Shown piece after piece: positions 19,135 through 28,390 of a stretch of 64,000 nucleotides of DNA. The DNA lies in the IMG/VR virus record IMGVR_UViG_3300044712_000123. One strand, written 5' to 3'. Source of the stretch: a virus. Lineage: Duplodnaviria > Heunggongvirae > Uroviricota > Caudoviricetes. The translations under genes were made by a program, and so were the position numbers. The notes beneath the pieces are model-generated. The model was not told where the DNA came from and made no database searches. It saw only the letters and a program-made list of their open reading frames with translations. The stretch's first letter is position 1. Each line of letters opens with the position of its first letter.

Positions 19135-20132
19135 TTCTTCATACAGGTGGCCTGTGCCAATTGGCGCCAGTTAGCGGAAATCTTAACCAAGTCAGCAATC
19201 TTGAGACACATACGCAAGGACACTTCACGCAGTTTTGCATGGTTAGTATCAATGAATGCCATGATTTCGTCAGTTTGTTCCTGAGTAAAATCGTAGTCAG
19301 CAAACAGACCACCATCAGCATCACGGTGAACTTGTTTGATACGCAACATTTTGTCACGCTCGGTGTCAACAGTCAGATCCAGAAAGTGACAACGACTTTG
19401 CAATGCATCCAAGTGAGGTTGCATCTTGCTAGACTTCTTATTATCGAAAGTCTTGTTAGTGATGAAAATCACAGAGCCGTTGAAGTTGAAAGTGTTAGGG
19501 ATACCCTCGTCACGCAGGATACGTGAGTCTTTGTTCCAAGATATACGGCGAGTCTTACCTGAATCCAATGCACCTTTCAGTACGTTGATAGCGTCTTGAT
19601 CTTCCCAGATATCGCAGTCATCGAACACTAGAACGTTCTTGGCGTCAGAATATTTGTACAGAGTAGCAAACAAACCAATACCACTCATAGCACCTTTGAC
19701 AATCTCAAAGCGAGGGCGCTTGCCTGAGATTTTGTCGAACATAGATGCTTTTTCCATCTGCATAGTCACACCGTGTGACTTACCGATACCAGCAGGACCA
19801 GTCACGATCATCGCACGAATGTCACCTGCGATACAGGCGCGAGACATTTCATCAAGCACACCAAAACGTGAAGCAATGCGATCCATTGCCTGTTCATCAG
19901 TCTCCGAAACAGCCTCAACTTTTGCAGGCATACCAGACAGAAATTCCAGAGAATCTTGATTGTCAACGTTCACACGAACCTCGTCAGGACGACCGGGGAA
20001 CTGACCTTCGTTCTTAACAGTAACGAAACCACCTTTGGCACCAAGTTGATAACCCTTAACCAATTGGAACACTTCACCTTTGACAGGGGTGTTACGATAA
20101 GAACCAGATTTGATGCGAACGATGCTAGACAT
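19131..20132 (-). CDS. AAA+ ATPase
   Basis: GPAGIGKS, LVFDDCD, ALQSRC. Confidence 0.8.
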   Translation of the reverse strand: MSSIVRIKSGSYRNTPVKGEVFQLVKGYQLGAKGGFVTVKNEGQFPGRPDEVRVNVDNQDSLEFLSGMPAKVEAVSETDEQAMDRIASRFGVLDEMSRACIAGDIRAMIVTGPAGIGKSHGVTMQMEKASMFDKISGKRPRFEIVKGAMSGIGLFATLYKYSDAKNVLVFDDCDIWEDQDAINVLKGALDSGKTRRISWNKDSRILRDEGIPNTFNFNGSVIFITNKTFDNKKSSKMQPHLDALQSRCHFLDLTVDTERDKMLRIKQVHRDADGGLFADYDFTQEQTDEIMAFIDTNHAKLREVSLRMCLKIADLVKISANWRQLAQATCMKN

Positions 20133-20163
20133 TTGTTTCCTTTGCTTGACTGTTTAAGATTCT

Positions 20164-20192
20164 ATTATATGCCCAAAATGATTTATTGTCAA
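20164..20192 (-). promoter_or_regulatory. sigma70-type early promoter
   Basis: TTGACA-ATAAATCATTTTGGGCA-TATAAT. Confidence 0.85.
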
Positions 20193-20389
20193 CCTTTGAG
20201 GGCTTCAAAAATCATGTTTTGAAGTTGGTGAACGTCCTCATCTGGGACATAGAAGTCAGTCAGAGGATCGTAGTACTGACCTTCTTTGGGATCGTAGTAC
20301 AGGACCTGACCGTTAGGATAGTGAAAAGGACCTTCGAGTCCCTTGCGAGGACCGAACTCTTTGCTGTGCTTGAAGACAATGTAAGACAT
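20189..20389 (-). CDS. small hypothetical protein
   Basis: LEGPFHY..YYDPKEGQYYDP; stop inside next -35 box. Confidence 0.7.
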   Translation of the reverse strand: MSYIVFKHSKEFGPRKGLEGPFHYPNGQVLYYDPKEGQYYDPLTDFYVPDEDVHQLQNMIFEALKG

Positions 20390-20416
20390 AAGACCCTTTC
20401 AACTGATTAAGACTCT

Positions 20417-20445
20417 ATTATATACCCAAAACGATTTATTGTCAA
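20417..20445 (-). promoter_or_regulatory. sigma70-type early promoter
   Basis: TTGACA-N17-TATAAT. Confidence 0.85.
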
Positions 20446-20581
20446 ATAAAAATTACAAAACAGACAAGAGCCATAATCAATATTAAGGCAATACTATCTG
20501 CTACATCCATACCGGATGTATAAATGTGATCTTTGCTAGGTTCTAACATTTTGAGAAATTCTGTGAACTTTTGTTTCATTA

Positions 20582-20824
20582 TCAAGCCACGTTGAGTTGA
20601 ACTTGCAGACCTTCCCAGGTACCAGCGAGACCAGTAGCACATTGGTCAGCGACACCGGATCCCGAGCGAGTGAATTCTAGTGCATCCAATGCTTTTTGTG
20701 TTGCGGCATTGCACTTCATAAAGTCACCGACGCCATTGCGAATCTGTTTGGCAGTAGCATAGAAACATGCTTGACCGACAATAACACGAAACTTTTGAGT
20801 TTGTTTGAAACGCTTGACAATCAT
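20582..20824 (-). CDS. small hypothetical protein
   Basis: AAAGGAG RBS downstream of promoter. Confidence 0.65.
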   Translation of the reverse strand: MIVKRFKQTQKFRVIVGQACFYATAKQIRNGVGDFMKCNAATQKALDALEFTRSGSGVADQCATGLAGTWEGLQVQLNVA

Positions 20825-20853
20825 GTGAACTCCTTTAATCAATCTATAGACAT

Positions 20854-20882
20854 AGTATAACACCATGACCATTTATTGTCAA
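20854..20882 (-). promoter_or_regulatory. sigma70-type early promoter
   Basis: TTGACA-N17-TATACT. Confidence 0.8.
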
Positions 20883-20891
20883 GAAATGGTT

Positions 20892-21008
20892 AAAATCGAT
20901 TGAAGTCTGTCAGTATGCGTGACGAGAACCTCAATCGATTTTGAAGACCCTAGGGGTCAAAAATGAATACTAACGTTTACCTTTTTGTGAAACAATAGTA
21001 TTCATTTT
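20892..21008. ncRNA. candidate structured non-coding element (three hairpins)
   Basis: 12-bp, 5-bp and 13-bp perfect inverted repeats in a gene-free gap. Confidence 0.4.
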
Positions 21009-21012
21009 GTGC

Positions 21013-22077
21013 TTAGAAAGCACCGTAGTAGTCATAGGTCTTAGTCTTGACCTTAGTCAGTGTCAAACGAGTACCTTTGTCCTCGAAGATGAACTTACCT
21101 GCTTGAGCGTCCACAGAGACCAATGCGTTAGCATTGAAGTGAACATTTTCCCAATCAGAGTCTTCATCGTCCTCATTGCTTGCATCGAACTGAACATCCA
21201 CACCTTTTGGTTGCAGAGGGTTACCATCGAACACTGCAGGATGTACGTCACCCTTGACCAATTCACCATTGTGAACAACCTCAACGTTGTATTTGCAACC
21301 ACCATCGAACTCTGGCTTAGCGTTCAGCATACGCAATGCTTCCTGAGGAGTCTCGTTGTAGCGATTCATTTCTTCAACCAATGCCTTCAGCATGTCAAAG
21401 TTGAATTCAGCGAACAGGCTAGCGATAGACACAATCTTTTCGATGTGAGTGGTGTTCTTCAAATTGTCCTCGCAGTATTCACGAATGAATGTTGCATCTA
21501 GACCCTTGAAGTCCATCAAGTAGAAGATACGACCAGGACGATTGCGCATGTGGTAGTCAATGCGGTACTTGTCGTTGGATGTAATCAAGAACAATTTCTT
21601 GCTTGGGAATACACCATCCAACAGTGTCAGGATCTTTTCTTGGTCGTCACGATCATACACCTTCTCGAATTCGTCAAACAAGATGACGCAAGGTTGATCG
21701 ATAGACTGAATGAAGGTGTTGAAGTTTTCACCGCACAATGGTTGATTGATAACGATAGTTGGGATATCGTGCTGTTTAGCCAATTCAACTGCGATGTTCT
21801 TGGTCAACAATGTCTTACCAGAACCCTTCTCACCCGTCAGCATAACGCCAGTTGCCGCAGGACGATCCATGAATGTACGCATGATACGATCGGTGTTCTT
21901 CAAGCAATCACCGTAGACCTTGCTAGGGATTGTGAAGTCTTCGATATGTTCCAGATACATATCGCCCATTGGGGGAACTTTGATCGTGTAGTTACCTGCG
22001 GGCAACTTGTCACGCACGTCCATTGCCTCATTAGAAGCTACGCGGTATGTATTGCCAGATTTCAAAAAGTGTGCCAT
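21013..22077 (-). CDS. AAA+ ATPase
   Basis: GEKGSGKT, ILFDEFEK, NRPGRI. Confidence 0.85.
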   Translation of the reverse strand: MAHFLKSGNTYRVASNEAMDVRDKLPAGNYTIKVPPMGDMYLEHIEDFTIPSKVYGDCLKNTDRIMRTFMDRPAATGVMLTGEKGSGKTLLTKNIAVELAKQHDIPTIVINQPLCGENFNTFIQSIDQPCVILFDEFEKVYDRDDQEKILTLLDGVFPSKKLFLITSNDKYRIDYHMRNRPGRIFYLMDFKGLDATFIREYCEDNLKNTTHIEKIVSIASLFAEFNFDMLKALVEEMNRYNETPQEALRMLNAKPEFDGGCKYNVEVVHNGELVKGDVHPAVFDGNPLQPKGVDVQFDASNEDDEDSDWENVHFNANALVSVDAQAGKFIFEDKGTRLTLTKVKTKTYDYYGAF

Positions 22078-22170
22078 GTGTGTCTTTCAAAAAGATTTAA
22101 CGATTTAGAACTTAGATTATATGCGAGAACGGTTTTGTTGTACAGAAGAAAAGGGCAAGTACCCCTTTCT

Positions 22171-23574
22171 TTATTTCATGCTGTTAGCACGGACCTCGTC
22201 AAAGGTGTATTCACGGATGAGTTTACCATCACGATACACTTCAACTAGTGCCTCAGTCCAACCGCCGATGCCTTTGTCTGACCAACCAGTTGGGGCTGAT
22301 ACGCTAGTAGCGAACTCACCACCACTGTTAGTCCACAAAGTCACGCGACCTTTCAGACTTGCTTTACCACTGTCAGTGATAGGATCTTTGTAAACATCGA
22401 CCCACTCACCGTTGACACATGCACTAGAGCATTTCATAGCCCATTTCTGGGTATCACGATCAATGCCTTGCAACAAAGCACCGCCCATACCGAATGCAAA
22501 GTTATCTGCACTCCAGCCCAGCATGTCAACCATTGTGCGCAAGATTGCTTGGATGCTCAATGGATTGATACCATCACCCCAGATCATGCGAACGTTGTTC
22601 AACACTTTGTAACCTTTGTCGTTTGTAGTGTAGCCGAAACCTTCAGAAAGAATCTGAATCATCTTTGGCATCACTTCGACAGGATCACCACTGTCAGGAC
22701 GAATCACAACTGTAGCACCTGAATCGATCACTTGTTGTTTCAGATCACCTGTGCTCCACATTTTGCAGGCTTCGTAAATGTTGTAGCTGTCACTAACGAC
22801 TGCAACAATACCACCGGGCTTGCCAAACTGTGTGACCATGTTGCTGTAAGCATTCAACTCACCTGCACGACCCCAACTTGTGATTGTGCTGTGTTCTGCG
22901 GCTGGGATTGAGAAACCAGCAATACCAGCGTTGTAATACTCACGAGCGTATAAGACACCAGTAATAGTATCCGTGCCCATAAAGTTAACGAGGTGAGCTG
23001 TACCACCAATACCAGCAGACTCAAGAGAGCTAACGCCGCGGGCACCGAAATCATGTAGTTTAAAACCAATAGTTGTTGGGTCACCAGATTTCTCCAAGTA
23101 GTCGATCAAAATATTTTTAATGTATTTGCTTTGTGTAGAAACTGTAGTTGGGTACCACACTGCACGGAGCAAGGGAGTTTCCAACCAAGTAGTCAACCAG
23201 TAGCAGTTTGGATCGGTGTTTTCGATTGTGACCAATGCGTTGCCAACTGGGACAACAGTGCCTTCTGGTACAGCTTTGATGACTACGGGCAAGTAGCCAC
23301 CGAGATTGTCAACGATATAATCCCAGCGACTGCGGTCAAAGGGCTCGCCGTGTGCTGTGAGGATTTCTTCTGCGATATCAACATCGGCTTTTGTGATAGG
23401 GTTGAGCAAATATTCTTTATTGAAAATTTGCAGACCAATGAATTGCGTGAACGTGAATTTGCCACCACGACTTGCAATGTAAGAAAATACGCCAGTAGTA
23501 CCTGCTGGGTATTGAGGGGCCATCGACACTTTGTAACTGTCGGTGTTCAAGATGATGTTTTGAGTGAGTTTCAT
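22171..23574 (-). CDS. nadV: nicotinamide phosphoribosyltransferase (NAMPT)
   Basis: TDSYK, HDFGARG, PAAEHS, VSDSY, IRPDSGDP. Confidence 0.93.
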   Translation of the reverse strand: MKLTQNIILNTDSYKVSMAPQYPAGTTGVFSYIASRGGKFTFTQFIGLQIFNKEYLLNPITKADVDIAEEILTAHGEPFDRSRWDYIVDNLGGYLPVVIKAVPEGTVVPVGNALVTIENTDPNCYWLTTWLETPLLRAVWYPTTVSTQSKYIKNILIDYLEKSGDPTTIGFKLHDFGARGVSSLESAGIGGTAHLVNFMGTDTITGVLYAREYYNAGIAGFSIPAAEHSTITSWGRAGELNAYSNMVTQFGKPGGIVAVVSDSYNIYEACKMWSTGDLKQQVIDSGATVVIRPDSGDPVEVMPKMIQILSEGFGYTTNDKGYKVLNNVRMIWGDGINPLSIQAILRTMVDMLGWSADNFAFGMGGALLQGIDRDTQKWAMKCSSACVNGEWVDVYKDPITDSGKASLKGRVTLWTNSGGEFATSVSAPTGWSDKGIGGWTEALVEVYRDGKLIREYTFDEVRANSMK

Positions 23575-23599
23575 AATAAAGTTCCTTTATTTAAAGTTG

Positions 23600-23618
23600 C
23601 CTTGCGTCTATCGCTAGG
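23600..23618 (-). promoter_or_regulatory. 5'-UTR hairpin with AUAGA loop (copy 1)
   Basis: CCTAGCG-ATAGA-CGCAAGG just downstream of promoter 23629-23657. Confidence 0.55.
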
Positions 23619-23653
23619 ACTTGAATACAGTATAACACTAACCTATTTTAATG

Positions 23654-24133
23654 TCAACTGTTTATGTTGCCAAAACTTAGTTTCCTTTTTAAAACAGCAT
23701 CGACCAATTCGTCAAAACTGTTAACTAAAGTTACACCGTGTCTTTGGCATACAATTTCCACATTGCCTTTGCGCCAGAATCCATCTGGACAGCATACAAT
23801 GACTTTTCCGCTACTTGCGTAGAGTCCTAGTTCCATGAGAGTGATAGGACTTTTAGTGTTTGGATCAAAATAGAATACAATCAAGTCACTGTAATCTAAT
23901 GCATCCAATTCCCAATTAACTTGTTGAGCAAATTGAGGATTGCTTGCTTCCTGCACCCATGATGAATCCCAGTCATCACGCCGAGGATTCAAGAAACGAA
24001 TGTCAGAGTCTTTGAACTCATTGACCAATCTGTCTTGCCAAGGTTCAGCAAGACCCATTTCAATAGAGCCACCCAAAAATACGTTGATAAAGATACTACC
24101 GTCATAACGTTCAGGTGATTTGATGTGTTTCAT
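23654..24133 (-). CDS. nucleoside 2-deoxyribosyltransferase-like protein
   Basis: VFLGGSI, LNPRR, QVNWELDAL, SPITLMELGL. Confidence 0.78.
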   Translation of the reverse strand: MKHIKSPERYDGSIFINVFLGGSIEMGLAEPWQDRLVNEFKDSDIRFLNPRRDDWDSSWVQEASNPQFAQQVNWELDALDYSDLIVFYFDPNTKSPITLMELGLYASSGKVIVCCPDGFWRKGNVEIVCQRHGVTLVNSFDELVDAVLKRKLSFGNINS

Positions 24134-24531
24134 TATGACCTCCAAAATACCATAAACGGTTTGTTCTTCTTTACTGCATAGTCATACGTATACCAGGTGC
24201 CACCTCTTGGTTGTGGTTCCATCTGCAATGGTACAACTAACAAGTAATCACACGCATCTACAATTGTGCGATTACGTTTAAAGTGTGACTGTGGTTCTCT
24301 ACTTTCATCTGCAGGTACATAGGCTCTGAGTCCATCATTATCAGGTCCAGGATGACTGATGATCTTGTAACCAATATCTTTTGCAAGTACTGCGGCTTCT
24401 GCATCTACGCCAACGCAATCACCGTGATGAAATTCTGCACCTTCACAAAATCTTCCTTGAAGATATTGACGCACCATTTCAAACTGGTGATCAGTCATGC
24501 CTTCTCTAGTTCCTGTAATTCCTATTTTCAT
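24133..24531 (-). CDS. SLOG-family protein
   Basis: IGITGTR, HHGDCVGVD, RNRTIV, GGTWYT. Confidence 0.7.
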   Translation of the reverse strand: MKIGITGTREGMTDHQFEMVRQYLQGRFCEGAEFHHGDCVGVDAEAAVLAKDIGYKIISHPGPDNDGLRAYVPADESREPQSHFKRNRTIVDACDYLLVVPLQMEPQPRGGTWYTYDYAVKKNKPFMVFWRS

Positions 24532-25019
24532 TATCCAAACTCCACCAGTGTGACAGTGCCACCTTTAGCAGAAACCACTACAGCAAACTTTTCAATCATT
24601 GCCATAATTCTTTTCTTGTCGCCGCCTGCCAAACCCATACCAATATAGGGTAGACCAAAACGATGACGACCATATTCGTGTGCCAGCTTGCGTAGGATCA
24701 CGGCAAACGATTCATACTCAAATACATCTTCACCTTGTTGACTAGTGACATATTGTGTATAAGCATTGATAATCTTGAATGGCTTCATGGTTTCATCGTA
24801 GTAACTAGACCAAGATACTGTGTAGTTGCCTAGCTTACCGATATTGCCCTTGCGAGTTTCACTATCCACTTCCTCAGCGTGAGGATAGCGTTTTGCGATT
24901 TGCGGAGCAAGACCAGCACCCATTGCGTTAAAACAATTACAGCCTTGAACGACAATATCAAACTCGCCTGCTTCTGCTAGGTCGAGTAAATTACCTTTTG
25001 TATGTTTAAGCATTTTCAT
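24531..25019 (-). CDS. Macro-domain (ADP-ribose processing) protein
   Basis: GNLLD, GCNCFNAMGAGLA, PYIGMGLAGG. Confidence 0.85.
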   Translation of the reverse strand: MKMLKHTKGNLLDLAEAGEFDIVVQGCNCFNAMGAGLAPQIAKRYPHAEEVDSETRKGNIGKLGNYTVSWSSYYDETMKPFKIINAYTQYVTSQQGEDVFEYESFAVILRKLAHEYGRHRFGLPYIGMGLAGGDKKRIMAMIEKFAVVVSAKGGTVTLVEFG

Positions 25020-25194
25020 TTTCCATTTCTGTCACAATAGCTTCGGCTTCTTGCAAGCCGCGTTCCCAACGAGCCATCATTTCACGGAAGGCTCGAATGT
25101 TCTCATGATTGTGAAAAGTGTCGCCACTCCATACACAAGCATCGATATCGTCCATTGGACCGTCTTCTAATCGTTCGTATTGTCGTGTTGTCAT
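25006..25194 (-). CDS. small hypothetical protein
   Basis: overlapping neighbours. Confidence 0.6.
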   Translation of the reverse strand: MTTRQYERLEDGPMDDIDACVWSGDTFHNHENIRAFREMMARWERGLQEAEAIVTEMENENA

Positions 25195-25496
25195 ACGTCT
25201 ACCTTAAAATGATTTTTAATCATGTTGATTGCTTGCTCGGTACCTTCTTCTGATTCTAACATAGAAATGATTTCAATGAAAGTATCTTCCAACAAAAAGT
25301 CAAACGGTGAGCGAGGAATATGGTCTATATTGCGTCGGCGATCTTCCATAGATCCTAAATACTCATCCTCAGCATCATCAAGCGATTGTTTTGCAAACTC
25401 TATTAGTTCTGTGCTTTGTTCAATGAACGGAGCCCTACCATGAAACAAATATTCTAATGGAATGTCATTCCTTTTGCTAAGTTTTGGTCGATTCAT
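25191..25496 (-). CDS. hypothetical protein
   Basis: 101-aa ORF. Confidence 0.6.
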   Translation of the reverse strand: MNRPKLSKRNDIPLEYLFHGRAPFIEQSTELIEFAKQSLDDAEDEYLGSMEDRRRNIDHIPRSPFDFLLEDTFIEIISMLESEEGTEQAINMIKNHFKVDV

Positions 25497-25744
25497 TCTT
25501 CAACTCCGAAATGTTGTTTAATCTCGTCTATACAATGTATCCCACCTTGTTCAAAAGTATCAACTGATTTAGGAATAGGATCACTAATAACTTGTTCACA
25601 ACATCCGATACATTCCCCGACAATCAACTCGGCGAACTTTTCCGGGTCAAACTTAATACCCAGTTTCGCACCGTCTGGTCCTACATTCACATATGAATCT
25701 GTAACAAATGACTGTTCATAAAGTTTCTGTAACTGTTCGTTCAT
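25493..25744 (-). CDS. small protein, MNER..KFAELIV family
   Basis: MNEQLQKL..EKFAELIVGECI..IKQHFGVEE. Confidence 0.7.
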   Translation of the reverse strand: MNEQLQKLYEQSFVTDSYVNVGPDGAKLGIKFDPEKFAELIVGECIGCCEQVISDPIPKSVDTFEQGGIHCIDEIKQHFGVEE

Positions 25745-25810
25745 TTTCACATTCCTAATTGATTTAGATAAATAATTATAGCACAAACGGTAATTTGTGT
25801 CAACAAAAAT

Positions 25811-25870
25811 GTCCCTCGCGGAACGGTAATTCCCAGGGACTCTAACGCTACAAAGGAGCAATCAGCAATG
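25811..25870 (+). promoter_or_regulatory. structured 5' leader of GIY-YIG gene (copy 2)
   Basis: GTCCCT/AGGGAC and GGAA/TTCC stems, then TCTAACGCTA..AGGAGCAATCAGCA-ATG. Confidence 0.6.
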
Positions 25871-26572
25871 TATTTATTCATATACAAGACCACTCACAAA
25901 AACGGCAAATACTACATAGGTCGCCATCAAACAGATAACCTGAATGACGGGTATCTCGGTAGCGGTAAGTGGGTTTCCGCCATCAAAGACAAAACCACAC
26001 TGACCCGAGAAATTATAGCAGAGGCTAAAACTCTTGAAGAACTGTATGATCTTGAAGAATATCATATCTCTATCCATTATGGAAAACCAGAATGTATGAA
26101 TATGAAGCGAGGCAGTGACGGTAATACCAGTGAAGATGCTAAAGAGTTCGCAAAAAGAATGATTGAAAATGGAACCCACAATTTTCTTGGCGGCGATCTT
26201 CAACGAAGGAGAATCACTGATGGCACCCACAATTTTCTTGATGGTGAAATTGCTAGTAAATCTAACGCCAAGAGAATTGCTGAAGGCACTCATAACTTAC
26301 AAGGCTCCAACAATCCGACACATCGCAGAATTCAAGATGGCACTTACCATATGTTTGGTGAGAACAATCCTGCCGTTCAGCGAGTCCAACAAGGCACCCA
26401 CAACTTTCTTGGTCCAGAAAACAATCAGCGAAGGATTGATAATGGTTCTCATAACTTTCTGGGACCCAATGCTCCATCGCAATTCGTATGGCATTGTGAT
26501 GCCTGTGGTAAGACAGGCAAGGGTAAAGGAATATTCACTAGATTCCATGGTGTCAATTGCCGCCAATCGTAG
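25868..26572 (+). CDS. GIY-YIG (Seg-like) homing endonuclease with GTHNF repeats
   Basis: FIYKTT..YYIGRH..GYLGSG; six GTHNFL-type repeats; C-terminal CxxC. Confidence 0.85.
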   Translation: MYLFIYKTTHKNGKYYIGRHQTDNLNDGYLGSGKWVSAIKDKTTLTREIIAEAKTLEELYDLEEYHISIHYGKPECMNMKRGSDGNTSEDAKEFAKRMIENGTHNFLGGDLQRRRITDGTHNFLDGEIASKSNAKRIAEGTHNLQGSNNPTHRRIQDGTYHMFGENNPAVQRVQQGTHNFLGPENNQRRIDNGSHNFLGPNAPSQFVWHCDACGKTGKGKGIFTRFHGVNCRQS

Positions 26573-27593
26573 AGCCTACTGCCCATTCAATCATGTCGGC
26601 GTGATCTTCAAACAGTTCTTCTCTCTTTAGATCAGAGATAGGCCGCCAGAGTGCTTTTTCAGCATCGTCACTGCCTTTTACTTTTGGCAGTTCGCCATCG
26701 GGCAATACGATTTTGAAACAGTGTGTGATGATACGACCGCGTGGTGAGCGATCCACAGCATCAAAAACACGATTGTCAACAATACTACCACGCAGTACAG
26801 GACCGGGCACTTTGATTAAAGTTTCTTCACGCAACTCACGAATAGCCGCATCCAATACAGTCTTGTCAGTGTTTGCGTTAACATAACCACCGGGCAATGC
26901 CCACAAGCCTTTACCAGGTTCGCTACGGCGTTTAATCATCAACACGTGACCTGACTGAATCACAACACTATCCGCAGTAGAGAAGATTGGGGGATATGGC
27001 AGACTAGCATATTGCTTTTTGTAGTTAGCCACGAACTCACGCTCCTTGATGATTTGTTCAAACTCGGGAGTTTGGCTGAACTCATTCAGAAAATCATAAG
27101 TTGTTTGGGGCACGACACCGCGAATGAAACTCATGTTAACATCCCGTTTGAAATACAGGTCGCGAATGTTGACTGCACTGAGTGGTTCGATTTCTTCCAC
27201 GTTCTCGTATTCCCATTGAGGGAACATATCGAGGTAGAAACTTGATTCGTCTTTCTTGTGACCGATCACACCGATCTTGCCACCGAGAGCACGATATTTA
27301 CTAACGATGCCTTGAACACGAATTGCCCATGCCTGGTCGTTGTAGATGGTGTCAATGTTTTCTTCAACATGAATTTGAATGCTCAAGCCTGAGGTAGCAG
27401 ACTTAATCATGTTGCGGCGTTCTTGACTAGTGAAGGGGTTTTTGTAAGTGCGAGGTTGAGCGGCTGAACCAGTGATGATAATCAGTTGTTCGCACAATGC
27501 GGTTGCACGTTTCACAATCTCGCAGTGAGCATTGTGGAATGGTTGAAAGCGTCCAATGAGGACAAGAGTGTGATATTTTTTAGTGAATGACAT
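26553..27593 (-). CDS. nadM: bifunctional NMN adenylyltransferase / ADP-ribose Nudix hydrolase
   Basis: GRFQPFHNAH, NPFT..ER, Nudix box GG..AAIRELREET. Confidence 0.92.
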   Translation of the reverse strand: MSFTKKYHTLVLIGRFQPFHNAHCEIVKRATALCEQLIIITGSAAQPRTYKNPFTSQERRNMIKSATSGLSIQIHVEENIDTIYNDQAWAIRVQGIVSKYRALGGKIGVIGHKKDESSFYLDMFPQWEYENVEEIEPLSAVNIRDLYFKRDVNMSFIRGVVPQTTYDFLNEFSQTPEFEQIIKEREFVANYKKQYASLPYPPIFSTADSVVIQSGHVLMIKRRSEPGKGLWALPGGYVNANTDKTVLDAAIRELREETLIKVPGPVLRGSIVDNRVFDAVDRSPRGRIITHCFKIVLPDGELPKVKGSDDAEKALWRPISDLKREELFEDHADMIEWAVGSTIGGN

Positions 27594-27618
27594 AGAAAAA
27601 TCCTTTCTAAGTATGTCA

Positions 27619-27638
27619 GCTTTGCGTCTATCGCTTGC
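27619..27638 (-). promoter_or_regulatory. 5'-UTR hairpin with AUAGA loop (copy 2)
   Basis: GCAAGCG-ATAGA-CGCAAAGC downstream of promoter 27650-27678. Confidence 0.55.
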
Positions 27639-27674
27639 TTTATGTTTCTATTATACTGCCAGCTTGATTAAATG

Positions 27675-28040
27675 TCAAGCCGATCGTACTCTTCGGGTAC
27701 GTATAATTTGAGTATTTTTACTCATTTCTTGGTACGCCACGTTGTCTTTGACCTTGTCTAAGTATTCCTTTGGAGGGGGAATAATACCCTTCTTACCAGT
27801 CACCGGATCAATCAAGACCCAACGACCGTTAACTAATTGAGGATATGCTTTACCTTCAGCAAACAATGTAAGTTGGCGATACTCGGCTTCCGATACCATT
27901 ACATCTTTTATGCTTGCTGGATACGAATCCTTGTTATCGCTGACCCAGTTAATCACATTAACCAAGTGACCAATGTCCATATCTTTAATCTTGACTTTAC
28001 GACCATCAGCCGATCGCCAAGTTACATCACGATTGTGCAT
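27675..28040 (-). CDS. hypothetical protein
   Basis: 121-aa ORF. Confidence 0.65.
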   Translation of the reverse strand: MHNRDVTWRSADGRKVKIKDMDIGHLVNVINWVSDNKDSYPASIKDVMVSEAEYRQLTLFAEGKAYPQLVNGRWVLIDPVTGKKGIIPPPKEYLDKVKDNVAYQEMSKNTQIIRTRRVRSA

Positions 28041-28366
28041 TAATAACCTCGGATCAATTTGAATGCAGTAAGGGTAGAAGCAATATCCATACCATGTTCG
28101 TCACAATGGCAGATCATTTTCTGTGCTTTTCTCAGGTACTCAGTGTGAGCATAACCTGTCCAGTCGTCTTTTTTGTTTTTGAATTCATAGTGCCAACCGC
28201 AACCGTCTGTGTGGTTCTGATTGCAAAGCATATTATGCAACTCTTTTGCAAGTTGATGATCTGGTGATTCGAGTTTAGCCTCAATCAGTTGGGCTTGCAA
28301 GTCTTTGAGACCTTGCTCATGTTGTTTGATTTTTTCTTCGATGGCGAAGAGAGTTAATTTAGACAT
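28040..28366 (-). CDS. hypothetical protein (His/Cys motif)
   Basis: LHNMLCNQNHTDGCGW. Confidence 0.65.
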   Translation of the reverse strand: MSKLTLFAIEEKIKQHEQGLKDLQAQLIEAKLESPDHQLAKELHNMLCNQNHTDGCGWHYEFKNKKDDWTGYAHTEYLRKAQKMICHCDEHGMDIASTLTAFKLIRGY

Positions 28367-28390
28367 TGAAAAATCCTTTCAATAATGTCA

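Noticed and set aside
21420-21432. GCGATAGAC inside the AAA ATPase gene
   Set aside because: Opposite strand to the transcript, incomplete stem, coding context
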